Below are positions 55,097-64,000 of a stretch of DNA of 64,000 nucleotides, piece after piece (the stretch's first letter is position 1; each line of letters begins with the position of its first letter). The translations under genes and the position numbers were made by a program. Under the pieces are notes generated by a model. That model saw only the letters and a list, made by a program, of their open reading frames with translations, was not told where the DNA came from and did not search any database. Source of the DNA: a virus. The stretch covers positions 96,001-160,000 of IMG/VR virus record IMGVR_UViG_3300031418_000005. One strand, written 5' to 3'.

Positions 55097-56125
55097 TTAG
55101 ATCGCGACGGGCGCTTTAATCGCCGGATGCGAAATGTAATCGACAACCTCGAAGTCTTCGAATTTGTAGTCGAAGATGGAATCGGGCTTACGTTTGATAA
55201 CCAACTTCGGTAACGGTTTAGGGTCACGGGTAAGTTGGAGGTCAGCTTGTTCCAGATGGTTGGAGTACAGATGCGTATCACCACCTGTCCAGACGAAGTC
55301 GCCTACCGCCATGTTCGCCTGTTGTGCAAACATGTGTACCAGCAAGGCGTAAGACGCGATGTTAAACGGTACGCCAAGGAACATGTCCGCACTACGCTGA
55401 TAGAGCTGACAAGAAAGAACGCGAGCTGGGACACCTTCGTTGTCAATTACCGCGTGCATCAGTGTGTCGTTGTTAATGATATCATTACTAAAGCGGATCG
55501 CTTCAAACTTATCAGGAAGGTTATTTTCCATCCAGTCTAATCGTTCGGCGACTGACAACTCGCGTGTGTAGAACTGGAAGAACGCATGACACGGTGCCAA
55601 AGCCATCTCGTCTAGCTCTGCCACGTTCCAGGCACTGACAATAATGCGGCGGTTGTCTGGGTCGTTACGCAGCTGGTCAACCACTTTGGCGATTTGGTCA
55701 ATACTTTTCCTGTACAGGATGTCAGATTCCCACGTCCCTGATTGTTCCCATCCCTCGGATTCGAGCTCTGCACACCCAGCACTATGAAACGCCGACATTT
55801 CCGTGTGTGCAATCCAGCTACGCCATTGCTTACCGTACACCGGGCCTAAGTCACCGTTTTTATCCGCCCATTCGTCCCAGATGGTGACGTTGTTGTCTTT
55901 CAAATACTGGATGTTGGTGTCACCCATGAGGAACCACAGCAGCTCATGGATGATTGAACGAAGGTGAACCTTTTTGGTGGTGACCAGCGGAAAACCTTCT
56001 TGTAAGTTAAAGCGCATCTGGCGTCCGAAAACAGAGAGGGTGCCCGTACCGGTACGGTCGGCTTTTACATCCCCGTTTTCGCGAACATCACGCAGTAAGT
56101 CCAGATATTGTTTCATGGTGTGCAT
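55097..56125 (-). CDS. thyA: thymidylate synthase
   Basis: [46 protein letters not shown]. Confidence 0.97.
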   Translation of the reverse strand: MHTMKQYLDLLRDVRENGDVKADRTGTGTLSVFGRQMRFNLQEGFPLVTTKKVHLRSIIHELLWFLMGDTNIQYLKDNNVTIWDEWADKNGDLGPVYGKQWRSWIAHTEMSAFHSAGCAELESEGWEQSGTWESDILYRKSIDQIAKVVDQLRNDPDNRRIIVSAWNVAELDEMALAPCHAFFQFYTRELSVAERLDWMENNLPDKFEAIRFSNDIINNDTLMHAVIDNEGVPARVLSCQLYQRSADMFLGVPFNIASYALLVHMFAQQANMAVGDFVWTGGDTHLYSNHLEQADLQLTRDPKPLPKLVIKRKPDSIFDYKFEDFEVVDYISHPAIKAPVAI

Positions 56126-56999
56126 TATCCTGTTTTAGGGCGTTCATGATAAACTTGAGGTCGTCGTTGTACGTCGCCGTCACGGTGCCGTTTTCGTACG
56201 TGATAAGAATCTTTGGCGTCCGCTCGAACGTAAGATGCCGCCATTTATCATCGGCGTAGATGTGGCGCTCCAGCAGTTCTTCCAACGCCTCTGCCAACTT
56301 ATCACTGACCTCATCAACCTTGTGAGACGCAAACGGTGTGTGAACGTAAGGCACGAAGGCTTTCGCCGCTGCGGCGTTTAGACCACTTTCGATATAGAAG
56401 TGCGTCAACTGACCCGACGGGAGCTTCTCGTTGACCAGGGGTTGTGTTATCGAGTCGCCATCAAAGTCGTCGGGGCTGAGTACGAACATACCCAGTTCAT
56501 TCATTACACCCCGCGTCCGAATCAGTGCGTAGTGACCGTTGTAGACGACCCGGTCAAACTCCAACCCACACACCCGACACAGTGAGCCTAACGACATCAT
56601 GAAATCACCGAAGGCTTTCAGGAAGCTGTGCAGGCAGAACTCACCTTCCTCAGGCGTCTGCCAGACAAGATCCAAAGTGTTGTGCATCAATGCGTGCAGT
56701 TGCGCATGTTTGTTGGTAGCTTTCACCTTTAACTGGATGTAATGGTCAAGCTGGTCATGCAGCGGAACGTCGTTGGCGGGCTTCGAGAAATGCACGAGTC
56801 CGATAAACGTCCACAGTAGTCGACCTGCTCCCGCGGCCACTTTCAGGTTATCGTGTTTTTGCACACCCTCAGCGACTTCGCCGAGGCAGCGGTAAAGTTT
56901 GCTACGCTGTTGTTCGTAGCTACCGAACTGGTACACCAGCGAATCGGTGTACCAACTGTTTACGGCATGAATTTGAATCTCGGCATTAGGCAGCTGCAT
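56088..56999 (-). CDS. degenerate MazG-like protein
   Basis: Start ATG 56999; [15 protein letters not shown]...AFGD...[11 protein letters not shown] follows the MazG pattern without its acidic residues. Confidence 0.6.
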   Translation of the reverse strand: MQLPNAEIQIHAVNSWYTDSLVYQFGSYEQQRSKLYRCLGEVAEGVQKHDNLKVAAGAGRLLWTFIGLVHFSKPANDVPLHDQLDHYIQLKVKATNKHAQLHALMHNTLDLVWQTPEEGEFCLHSFLKAFGDFMMSLGSLCRVCGLEFDRVVYNGHYALIRTRGVMNELGMFVLSPDDFDGDSITQPLVNEKLPSGQLTHFYIESGLNAAAAKAFVPYVHTPFASHKVDEVSDKLAEALEELLERHIYADDKWRHLTFERTPKILITYENGTVTATYNDDLKFIMNALKQDNAHHETISGLTA

Positions 57000-57414
57000 C
57001 CTGTGCTCCGTAGGCGTAACAGAAAGAGAAGGCCAGATCATCGCCTGCGGCACGCGATACCACGATAGCGATACCGTGATTAGCAATGTGGTCGTTCGGT
57101 ATGCCCTGTTTGGCATTGAGGCCCACCGACTTATTCAGGGAAGCCAGTAGCTTCCAGCTGTAGACGCGGCTAGTGAAGTACGCGTTCTTCAAAAAACAAA
57201 CGGCGACGCTGTGGGGAACGTTGAACGCCGCAAACTCCGGCCCGGCTTTAGCCAGGTTGCCGTTGAGTGCGAGTTCGTTAGTGAGCGTAACGGAAACCTT
57301 CTTACCGTTCAAACGCAGGGCCAGATGTTCCCAGGACGCATTGTCCGTGTTCGGGATAATAACTTCGTTAACAATCAGGCCGGTGCCTTTCTCAAAAGCA
57401 ATCTTATTCATCAT
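56986..57414 (-). CDS. hypothetical protein
   Basis: Start ATG 57414 with AAGGA RBS. Confidence 0.7.
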   Translation of the reverse strand: MMNKIAFEKGTGLIVNEVIIPNTDNASWEHLALRLNGKKVSVTLTNELALNGNLAKAGPEFAAFNVPHSVAVCFLKNAYFTSRVYSWKLLASLNKSVGLNAKQGIPNDHIANHGIAIVVSRAAGDDLAFSFCYAYGAQDAAA

Positions 57415-57461
57415 TCGGGTATCCTTGCGGGTGTTTACATACATACACCCGCTTTTGTAAA

Positions 57462-57836
57462 TTATAGAAGTATCATCGCCTGACAGGTGATGGTGTCCGC
57501 ATCCGGATGTCCCGTGAGATAAATAAATGGCCCACTAGACATCGGAGGATTAAACTGTAGCAACACTTCTGCCAACCGTCGACCTTCTTCCCCTGACATG
57601 ATAACAAGGTTGTCCTGACCGCTATCAGAGTGTTTGTGGAACGCGACCCGTGGGCTTGAGCCGTAAGTGATGCGTTGTGCCAAGGCAATCTTCTTGTCGT
57701 GGAACGGGTACAGCACATCCTCCCAATGTTCCTTCTCTTCTTCGGACAACGCCAAAGTACGGACACGTCGCCCATCTACAGCAATACCCGACACAAACAC
57801 AATTCCGTGGCGATTAAAAAAGTAACCAATAACCAT
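57462..57836 (-). CDS. hypothetical protein
   Basis: 124 aa, AAGGAG RBS. Confidence 0.7.
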   Translation of the reverse strand: MVIGYFFNRHGIVFVSGIAVDGRRVRTLALSEEEKEHWEDVLYPFHDKKIALAQRITYGSSPRVAFHKHSDSGQDNLVIMSGEEGRRLAEVLLQFNPPMSSGPFIYLTGHPDADTITCQAMILL

Positions 57837-57854
57837 TGCATACTCCTTAAGGAT

Positions 57855-57891
57855 AAAATAAAGTATCCCTCTCCCGAAGGAGAGGGTATTA
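57855..57891 (-). terminator. intrinsic terminator
   Basis: ATACCCTCTCC-TTCG-GGAGAGGGATAC + TTTATTTT. Confidence 0.75.
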
Positions 57892-57892
57892 C

Positions 57893-58552
57893 TTAGATGC
57901 GGGTTTCAGAATCCCAGTAATGGCGTAGCATCTCCTGCGTCTCTGGGTCTTTCGGCCCACCCGGAATCGCTTCGGCCACAGGGAACGGCATTACGTCTTT
58001 AATCGAGTCGATTTCAAAACGTTCTACTTCCAATTCCACCTTCACCCAACGACCGAACGAGGTTGCATCGCGGAGCTCGCTCACTAAGGCATCAAAGTCT
58101 TCCTGTGTTTCCAGTGCCGGGTGTCCGGACACGGTATAGAACAGGTCGATGTCCCAGTGTTTCGCACCACGGTCTTTCAGTTCACCGGCATCCATGTGGA
58201 TGCGGCGCACTAAATGCGCGAGGTGCCCGTCTTCGTAGAAAGACAAGCCTGCACCAAACCCGATATCCGAGTTCTCCTCAATCTTGCCTTCTGCACCCAT
58301 ACGTTTCACAGTCAGCTCAGCTTTCCCGCCACTGTGTAAACGTACCCGACGACGCCCGCGTGCAATCGGCATCAACACGTCCATGTAGATGTCGGCGGCT
58401 TGTTCAAACAACCACGCCCAGCCTTCTTCCGTCGGCTTCACCCACATCACGTACTCTTTCTCAGTCTCGACACGTACCGATTCACCGGCCACTTTCAAAA
58501 CGTCGGCTTCACGTTGCTTGTCGAGTTTGTCTAACGTGTCAAACAGACCCAT
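57893..58552 (-). CDS. CYTH-like (triphosphate tunnel) protein
   Basis: ETEKEY, R.R.R, LTVK, EEN, WDIDLF, ELEVE motifs. Confidence 0.7.
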   Translation of the reverse strand: MGLFDTLDKLDKQREADVLKVAGESVRVETEKEYVMWVKPTEEGWAWLFEQAADIYMDVLMPIARGRRRVRLHSGGKAELTVKRMGAEGKIEENSDIGFGAGLSFYEDGHLAHLVRRIHMDAGELKDRGAKHWDIDLFYTVSGHPALETQEDFDALVSELRDATSFGRWVKVELEVERFEIDSIKDVMPFPVAEAIPGGPKDPETQEMLRHYWDSETRI

Positions 58553-59417
58553 CGTCGTTTCCTATTTGCTGGATAACGGCGTGGGGGTCGAACGTCTCAC
58601 CGTACGGATCGATATGCTGTACGATTTGCGCCACCACCCCAGGTAACCAGTCCGAATGCGGCGGGTTTATCTGTCGCCCGTTCATCACGTAGTAATGAAG
58701 TAGTGGGACGCCAGCATGTACCTGCGCAGACAGAATGTTACCCAGACTCACGCCGTCAATAGTCAAAGTGTGCAACTTAAATACCATTGCCGTCATAAAA
58801 CGGTGGGCTGAGAACGCACTGAACGCGCCAGGACGATAATCTGTTCCGCCATAAATCGCGGCTTTCAGACTCCGACCAATGCGAATACAGTCCGCCCCTT
58901 CGTACTTCGCAAGCTTACGAATGTCCGGGAACCTCGCTACCATCTCACGCATTACCGCTGTTGCCATGTTGTCAGTGGTTAACAGCGGTGCAGGTTCGAT
59001 ATCGCGGCAGTACGTGTACATCGCGTAATCCAGAATACGCAGATAATGGTAATAGCCTTCGAGCGTTAAGAAACGCCCGTCAACCGTATCGAAGTATTTC
59101 CCTTCTGGTTGCGAATAAAAATTACTCGCCATCTTACCCAGTAAGGTTCTGGCCTGGGAGTAGATGTTGTAGTGATTCAACCCGTCAGTTGATGGGACAA
59201 AATCTTTCAGGTGACAACGATAGCCGAGACTACGAAGGTAGCGAACAAACGCATCCTTCTCATCCGGCGAGAGCACAACATGACTGACCGGTGCCCCAAT
59301 GCTAGGTTCACCTGTTAAGGAGAACCCGTACATCGTGGCCATCTGATTAATCGGCACGTTGGCTTTGCTAACAGCATCCAGCGCTGCCCGCAAAAAGGTA
59401 GTTTTATCATTAGTCAT
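58539..59417 (-). CDS. NADAR-like (T4 gp30.3-type) protein
   Basis: HYNIYS...LG..ASNF...G.F.TLEGYYHYL. Confidence 0.5.
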   Translation of the reverse strand: MTNDKTTFLRAALDAVSKANVPINQMATMYGFSLTGEPSIGAPVSHVVLSPDEKDAFVRYLRSLGYRCHLKDFVPSTDGLNHYNIYSQARTLLGKMASNFYSQPEGKYFDTVDGRFLTLEGYYHYLRILDYAMYTYCRDIEPAPLLTTDNMATAVMREMVARFPDIRKLAKYEGADCIRIGRSLKAAIYGGTDYRPGAFSAFSAHRFMTAMVFKLHTLTIDGVSLGNILSAQVHAGVPLLHYYVMNGRQINPPHSDWLPGVVAQIVQHIDPYGETFDPHAVIQQIGNDDGSV

Positions 59418-59429
59418 AAACGGTACCTG

Positions 59430-60740
59430 TTAGACGGCGAAGTAGGTATTCACCAGAGAGTTGGCGGATTGGTACTGCACACTGCCACCGGCAATCACAT
59501 ACATGCGACGGTCGGTAGTTAAGAGTGCCTGAATGGCATTGCTGCCAGCGTACGTGTACAAGTACAGCTCGGTCATCGCCGGATTGGTTTTCGACTTGTC
59601 CCAGTTAGGGTCAAGCGCATTAAACAGCGCTAACAAACGCTGCCCGTATTGACGGAAACCAATACCGGATTCTACACGCAGATTTGCCATCAGGTTCTTG
59701 ATGACGTCTTTCGCGATTTGCTGACCTTGGCCGGGTTTGAGTTTCGGGAGGTAATACTCCACGGAATCCAGATTCCCGGTTGCTGAGGCTTGCACCATCA
59801 ACTCCCCGTATAACGCTTCTTGCGCCACCGGGTCACTAATTGCCTGCACCATCGGGTCGATTTTGCCTGGCAGACCGTACTCGTTCAATTTGGTTGAGAT
59901 ACCGTAAATCAACGCCGAAGAGGTATTGATGTCCAGTGTCGAGAACGAGTTATAGCCATTACTGTCGCTACCAACCCCGAAGCTTTTCAGCACGTTGTCA
60001 ATCGCTAAGTAATCGCCCAGGTCTTTGAACGAGTCGAAGGTGTGAGTGGCATCGTCAATCATTGCGGTGACTTGCCATTTCGCACTGTTAAACTGGTTCA
60101 TGTAACCATTCACTTCCTGGCTGATTTCGCTGGGAAGTTTTGCCAGCTGCCCGGCAATGTTCATGGTTTGTTCCAGACGGTTTTTCACCGACGCGTAATC
60201 GGTACCTACAGCCGTTAACGCTTTGTCGCGTAACTCCGTCAGGGTTGACCACCCTTTCGACAACAGGCTGCCTGCCCCACCCGGACTCAAATAGCCCAGT
60301 GCAGACATGCCTTCCTTGTTGACAGGCTTGAACGGTTCAGAAACGTCGCGCTTTTGCGGATCGAGTACAGGCAATGCTGCTTTCGTATCCGTCGCAAACG
60401 TCGGCATTTTCTGACCGGGCGATACACCCGATGCACCCGAGCCCGCCGTCTTCGTCCCGCCGACTGAGGAAGTATCACTGCCGCCAAAAAGGTTACCCAG
60501 CTTCTCTTTGAGTGATGACCCACCGTTTGCGATTTTGTCAAAGGTTTCCCCTGCTTTCTCGCTCACGTTGTTGTAGAGGTTCTGTGCCGTCTCTACACCT
60601 TTGCCGACGTTGTCCACTGTTGACTGTACGCGGTTAACGGCATCCGTTCCGCGTTGTACCGTATTACCGACCGCAGACTGGACACCACTGACCTTGTTAC
60701 CGATTTGGTTGGTGATGCCGTCTATGTTATTCAGTTTCAT
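59430..60740 (-). CDS. probable virion structural protein
   Basis: 436 aa, G/S/T/N-rich helical N-terminus. Confidence 0.6.
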   Translation of the reverse strand: MKLNNIDGITNQIGNKVSGVQSAVGNTVQRGTDAVNRVQSTVDNVGKGVETAQNLYNNVSEKAGETFDKIANGGSSLKEKLGNLFGGSDTSSVGGTKTAGSGASGVSPGQKMPTFATDTKAALPVLDPQKRDVSEPFKPVNKEGMSALGYLSPGGAGSLLSKGWSTLTELRDKALTAVGTDYASVKNRLEQTMNIAGQLAKLPSEISQEVNGYMNQFNSAKWQVTAMIDDATHTFDSFKDLGDYLAIDNVLKSFGVGSDSNGYNSFSTLDINTSSALIYGISTKLNEYGLPGKIDPMVQAISDPVAQEALYGELMVQASATGNLDSVEYYLPKLKPGQGQQIAKDVIKNLMANLRVESGIGFRQYGQRLLALFNALDPNWDKSKTNPAMTELYLYTYAGSNAIQALLTTDRRMYVIAGGSVQYQSANSLVNTYFAV

Positions 60741-61564
60741 TACGGTCTCCAGAAATTCAGTTTCGTGAGGTCGATGACAACAGTCGACTCATAGACGAAG
60801 TTGGAGTTCTCCTTCGTAAAGGTGAAACTACATTCCAGCTTACGCACGTCAATGGCTTTGAGCACCATTAAAAAGCGCTTCCAGGACAACTTCTTCCGCA
60901 TCCGCATGTTCTGCTGCATGTTGTGCCGCATATCGTTACGTCGCGAAGCAATTGCCGGACAGTTTGCCGGATTGTTGACATAGTTCGTCGACAACCGTTG
61001 CCAGAACTCAGAATCAATGCGGTACTCTGCAAAGATGAGCCATAGCAGTCTGCCCAGAATGTGTTCCATCTGACCGGCGGTCGCACGCGGATTGGTAAAG
61101 AGGATGTTGAGTTCCTCTGTCGCACTCATGCGTGGTGTTTCCCGGTCTTCCCCGCGCAAGGTTTTCAGAAGGTCTTCTTTCGGCCGCGTAGACGTTTTCA
61201 CTTCACGCTCATCGCCGAAGTTGCCTTTCACCGTGATAACCGTGACCGTCAATACATCGACTTTCATGACTACCAGACCTTCGATAAACCGTCGCCAGGT
61301 AAGGTCGACTTTAATGTTGCGACTGTTCCCGCCCGTTAGCGCTGTCGTTAACCGTTGAACCCGGTCTTTGTCAGTGGCTTTGGACTTGGTCGCATAATTC
61401 GGATTCCGCACATACTCGCCTAATAACGCCGTCCATTGTGCACGGCTGTACTGTTGTTGTTTCCACAATTTCCAGTAGGCTTCCTGTAGCGGTTTACCCG
61501 CAGGATCGTCTTGGGGCGATCCGTGATGGATCTGCTCCTTTATGACGCTGTTCTTGTCATCCAT
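60740..61564 (-). CDS. conserved phiKZ-like protein with internal duplication
   Basis: 274 aa; two copies of LW...W..L...YV.NP...L(T/S)W.RF. Confidence 0.7.
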   Translation of the reverse strand: MDDKNSVIKEQIHHGSPQDDPAGKPLQEAYWKLWKQQQYSRAQWTALLGEYVRNPNYATKSKATDKDRVQRLTTALTGGNSRNIKVDLTWRRFIEGLVVMKVDVLTVTVITVKGNFGDEREVKTSTRPKEDLLKTLRGEDRETPRMSATEELNILFTNPRATAGQMEHILGRLLWLIFAEYRIDSEFWQRLSTNYVNNPANCPAIASRRNDMRHNMQQNMRMRKKLSWKRFLMVLKAIDVRKLECSFTFTKENSNFVYESTVVIDLTKLNFWRP

Positions 61565-61600
61565 AAATCACCTTGTTACAAGGGGTGGATAAAGTTCGAG

Positions 61601-62125
61601 TTAGAGATAGTGTTCCACTATCGTTTCTAACTCACGAAAGATGTGCGCGGTCATATTCGCTAACGCATCTTGTTCGGGAGTATCACGCTCGGTGAACGCT
61701 GGTCGATAGTAATCGATTAAGGCGAACGCCTTGCGCAGTTTATCACGTACGACTTCTGGATTGGTCGTCCCAAAGTATTGGTCAATCCAACGGAGCTGTG
61801 TATCGTCCTTCTTTTTGTCCAATTCATCGGGCAGGGCAATCCAGGTTTGTGAGCTCCCGTTTGCCACGCGGGTGTACTCACGGATGTAGAATTGCAGCCG
61901 TTCGTAGAGCGTATCAAAGTTCTCAATACGCAGCTCTAACTTCCCACGAACGGATAACGGTACAAACGCCGCACCATTATATTCCAGAGGCTCTGTAATG
62001 AGTTCTAAGCCTACCAGCACCTTCTGGAAAGGGTTACGGGTATTCTTATGGAACTCGGCCTCCAGAAAGCTTCTACGCTGCTTTACGGCGTATCGCTTTA
62101 AACGTGTGTTGAGCCAGTTAAACAT
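61601..62125 (-). CDS. hypothetical protein
   Basis: 174 aa, AGGA RBS. Confidence 0.75.
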   Translation of the reverse strand: MFNWLNTRLKRYAVKQRRSFLEAEFHKNTRNPFQKVLVGLELITEPLEYNGAAFVPLSVRGKLELRIENFDTLYERLQFYIREYTRVANGSSQTWIALPDELDKKKDDTQLRWIDQYFGTTNPEVVRDKLRKAFALIDYYRPAFTERDTPEQDALANMTAHIFRELETIVEHYL

Positions 62126-62159
62126 AGCTTAATCCTAAAGTGAGAGAATGTCTCAGTGA

Positions 62160-62184
62160 GATAATATCTGTCTGAGTTCTTTTT
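62160..62184 (-). promoter_or_regulatory. putative phage promoter
   Basis: AAAAAGAACTCAGACAGATATTATC. Confidence 0.55.
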
Positions 62185-62198
62185 AAGAAGAGGTTACC

Positions 62199-62669
62199 AT
62201 GAGCGAAGAAGTGAAATATCAAGCCTTCGACGGGAATGTGGATGACGAAGATTCACTTCTCCGCGAAACGCAACAACTCCGTATCCGTCTCGCCAATGAC
62301 ATGGCATCCGAATCTCAAGTTCATAAAGACTTGAAAGCGGTTGACCGCATCGATCGACTTTTAAACAGTGTCGACAAACAAATTTTGTCGAAACGTAAAA
62401 TTAAGGCGGCGGAGAAAGGTGCAGAGGCAACCCAAGATGTTGCAAACGCCCTGAACGGCTTCCTGATGCAACGCGCCGGTGTTGGAATCAAACGTCACGA
62501 CGCGCCGCCAGAAGAAAATGTAGGATACCAACCACCCCGGCCTCGTATCGAAGATATCGACTTGAATCCGGGACAGTTGGCTCCTGTGGGTGACGCTATC
62601 GATGTAGGCCACATCATGCAGGCGGCGTACTCTCGCTCGAAGCAGACTTCGGAGGACGACGAAGGCTAA
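62199..62669 (+). CDS. hypothetical coiled-coil protein
   Basis: 156 aa, GAGG RBS. Confidence 0.75.
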   Translation: MSEEVKYQAFDGNVDDEDSLLRETQQLRIRLANDMASESQVHKDLKAVDRIDRLLNSVDKQILSKRKIKAAEKGAEATQDVANALNGFLMQRAGVGIKRHDAPPEENVGYQPPRPRIEDIDLNPGQLAPVGDAIDVGHIMQAAYSRSKQTSEDDEG

Positions 62670-63345
62670 ACAACGCCGTGTCCTTACAATCTACCGTCAC
62701 GTATTCGGCCATAAAGCGGGTGTGCTCCTTAAAGGGGTTCACCCCATCGCGCTGCATAAACTCAATGGTCTCTGGCGTCAGTTCTGGCGTCAGCAGACTT
62801 GGACGAGTGATAGTAAACTCCGGGATACGCTTTGCCAGGTTACTGGCTTGCATTTTAATCCACGGATACCAATCGTACATAATCCACCCATCCCACGCCG
62901 AAGCCAGCCTCCCTGGCGTCAGGTCTTTGTGAGACCAGACGACCACCTCTGCCCGCACACCACTAAAGTGAGCGCGGAACATATCCAGAAAATCCTGTAC
63001 TTCTTTATCCGACAAATCGGTGTACGGCCAAAGGTTCACCGTTACCGACGGATGCTCAATAGGCGAGTGCATCTCAATTTCCATGAGCATCGCCTCGAAC
63101 TGATTTTTAAGCGTCGCCAGTAACTCTGTAGGGCCAGAGTTCATCAACGCCCTTTTATCTCGCTGTGCGTAAGTCTCTGCCCAATTCTCTACCCCGACAA
63201 CTTCCGCCCACGTTTCAGTGAATCGTCGACGGTATACGTCTAAGTCGAGTTTTTCCATGGCGTCGGGCTTGATGGTTTTGAGCCAGCCGATACGGGTATC
63301 GAACAGAGCATCAATATCCACTAAGAAGCGTCGGGATAGTCTCAT
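62614..63345 (-). CDS. conserved phiKZ-like protein, HAD-like N-terminal motif
   Basis: 243 aa; FLVDIDALFDTR. Confidence 0.7.
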   Translation of the reverse strand: MRLSRRFLVDIDALFDTRIGWLKTIKPDAMEKLDLDVYRRRFTETWAEVVGVENWAETYAQRDKRALMNSGPTELLATLKNQFEAMLMEIEMHSPIEHPSVTVNLWPYTDLSDKEVQDFLDMFRAHFSGVRAEVVVWSHKDLTPGRLASAWDGWIMYDWYPWIKMQASNLAKRIPEFTITRPSLLTPELTPETIEFMQRDGVNPFKEHTRFMAEYVTVDCKDTALFSLRRPPKSASSESTPPA

Positions 63346-64000
63346 TCAGGACGACCTATGTTATTGCCAATGTGCATGGCTTTGAAATACGACGACCAGG
63401 TACGGGTTGCTTTCGAACTCGTACGCTCGGCCCCTTCTAAATCAATACGACCTTTACCCGTGTTACGGATTGACTGGTAAAACGCCCGTTGAAGGACATC
63501 GTTACCACCACGCGCCCACAAGAATTCTTTGAGGGTCCAATCGTGGCCGTCAGAGTACATGATATACCCTTCTGGGAAGGATACCCCTGAGGCTTTGGAT
63601 GGACCAACGACTTGTCCGGAGAGTTTGTCACGGACACGGTCGTTCTTCGCTACGGCCATTTTCTTTTCCTGCATCTGCGTTTGACGGCGGGCAGGGAGGC
63701 GTAGGACAAGGTGCGGATAGCGCGTGCGCTGTAAGATGCCGGTCTTCGATTCGGTTAACCACAATCGCTGCTCCAGGCTAACGCCCATTGCAGAACAGAT
63801 TTTAATGTTGCGCAAGTGGTCAATGCGTACTTTCCCAGCAGTCGGATTGTAGATGGGTAATCCGTTTCGCAGACGAGAGAATTCCTCATCGTTCATGCGA
63901 GCAAAAGCGCGTTTAGCGGCTTCTGCATTAATCCCCGTTGGGTCGACCAACTGGAGGACTTGGAGTGCGTAAGCTTCTGCCTTCTTACGTCGTGCTGGGT
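63342..64000 (-). CDS. virion RNA polymerase beta subunit, C-terminal part (5'-partial)
   Basis: Frame stays open to window end; L..RR..Q..EKK, RD.LSGQV.G.SK..G.S.PE match the beta C-terminus. Confidence 0.82.
   Translation of the reverse strand, partial: PARRKKAEAYALQVLQLVDPTGINAEAAKRAFARMNDEEFSRLRNGLPIYNPTAGKVRIDHLRNIKICSAMGVSLEQRLWLTESKTGILQRTRYPHLVLRLPARRQTQMQEKKMAVAKNDRVRDKLSGQVVGPSKASGVSFPEGYIMYSDGHDWTLKEFLWARGGNDVLQRAFYQSIRNTGKGRIDLEGAERTSSKATRTWSSYFKAMHIGNNIGRPE

Noticed and set aside
55097-56125. Extra length of ThyA as intron or intein
   Set aside because: Two short in-frame insertions in known variable loops; no intein or intron signatures

Overview
Segment of a phiKZ/SPN3US-like (Chimalliviridae-type) enterobacterial jumbo phage genome, mostly coded on the minus strand. 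Core genes recognised from motifs and gene order: large terminase, tail sheath and tube, prohead protease, four pieces of the split virion RNA polymerase (beta-N, beta'-N with the DYDGD catalytic motif, probable beta'-C, partial beta-C), a 2379-aa tape-measure/lytic-transglycosylase protein, ThyA, and HD, HAD, MazG-like and CYTH enzymes. The most unusual region is a ~6.4 kb RNA-rich accessory island (6.7-13.1 kb). It holds 10 canonical tRNAs interleaved with about a dozen non-canonical structured elements: CCA-ended tRNA mimics, a tRNA body with a ~45-nt insert in place of the anticodon loop, pseudoknot-like elements, and ~290-nt and ~560-nt ornate RNAs. It also holds a TerB/TAXI module, an Ntn protease and an AT-rich palindromic origin-like element. 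An unlisted 51-aa ORF (53084-53239) mimics the redox-active C-terminal tail of host ribonucleotide reductase NrdA. All homology calls come from motif recognition and remembered synteny, not searches; RNA folds were derived by hand.
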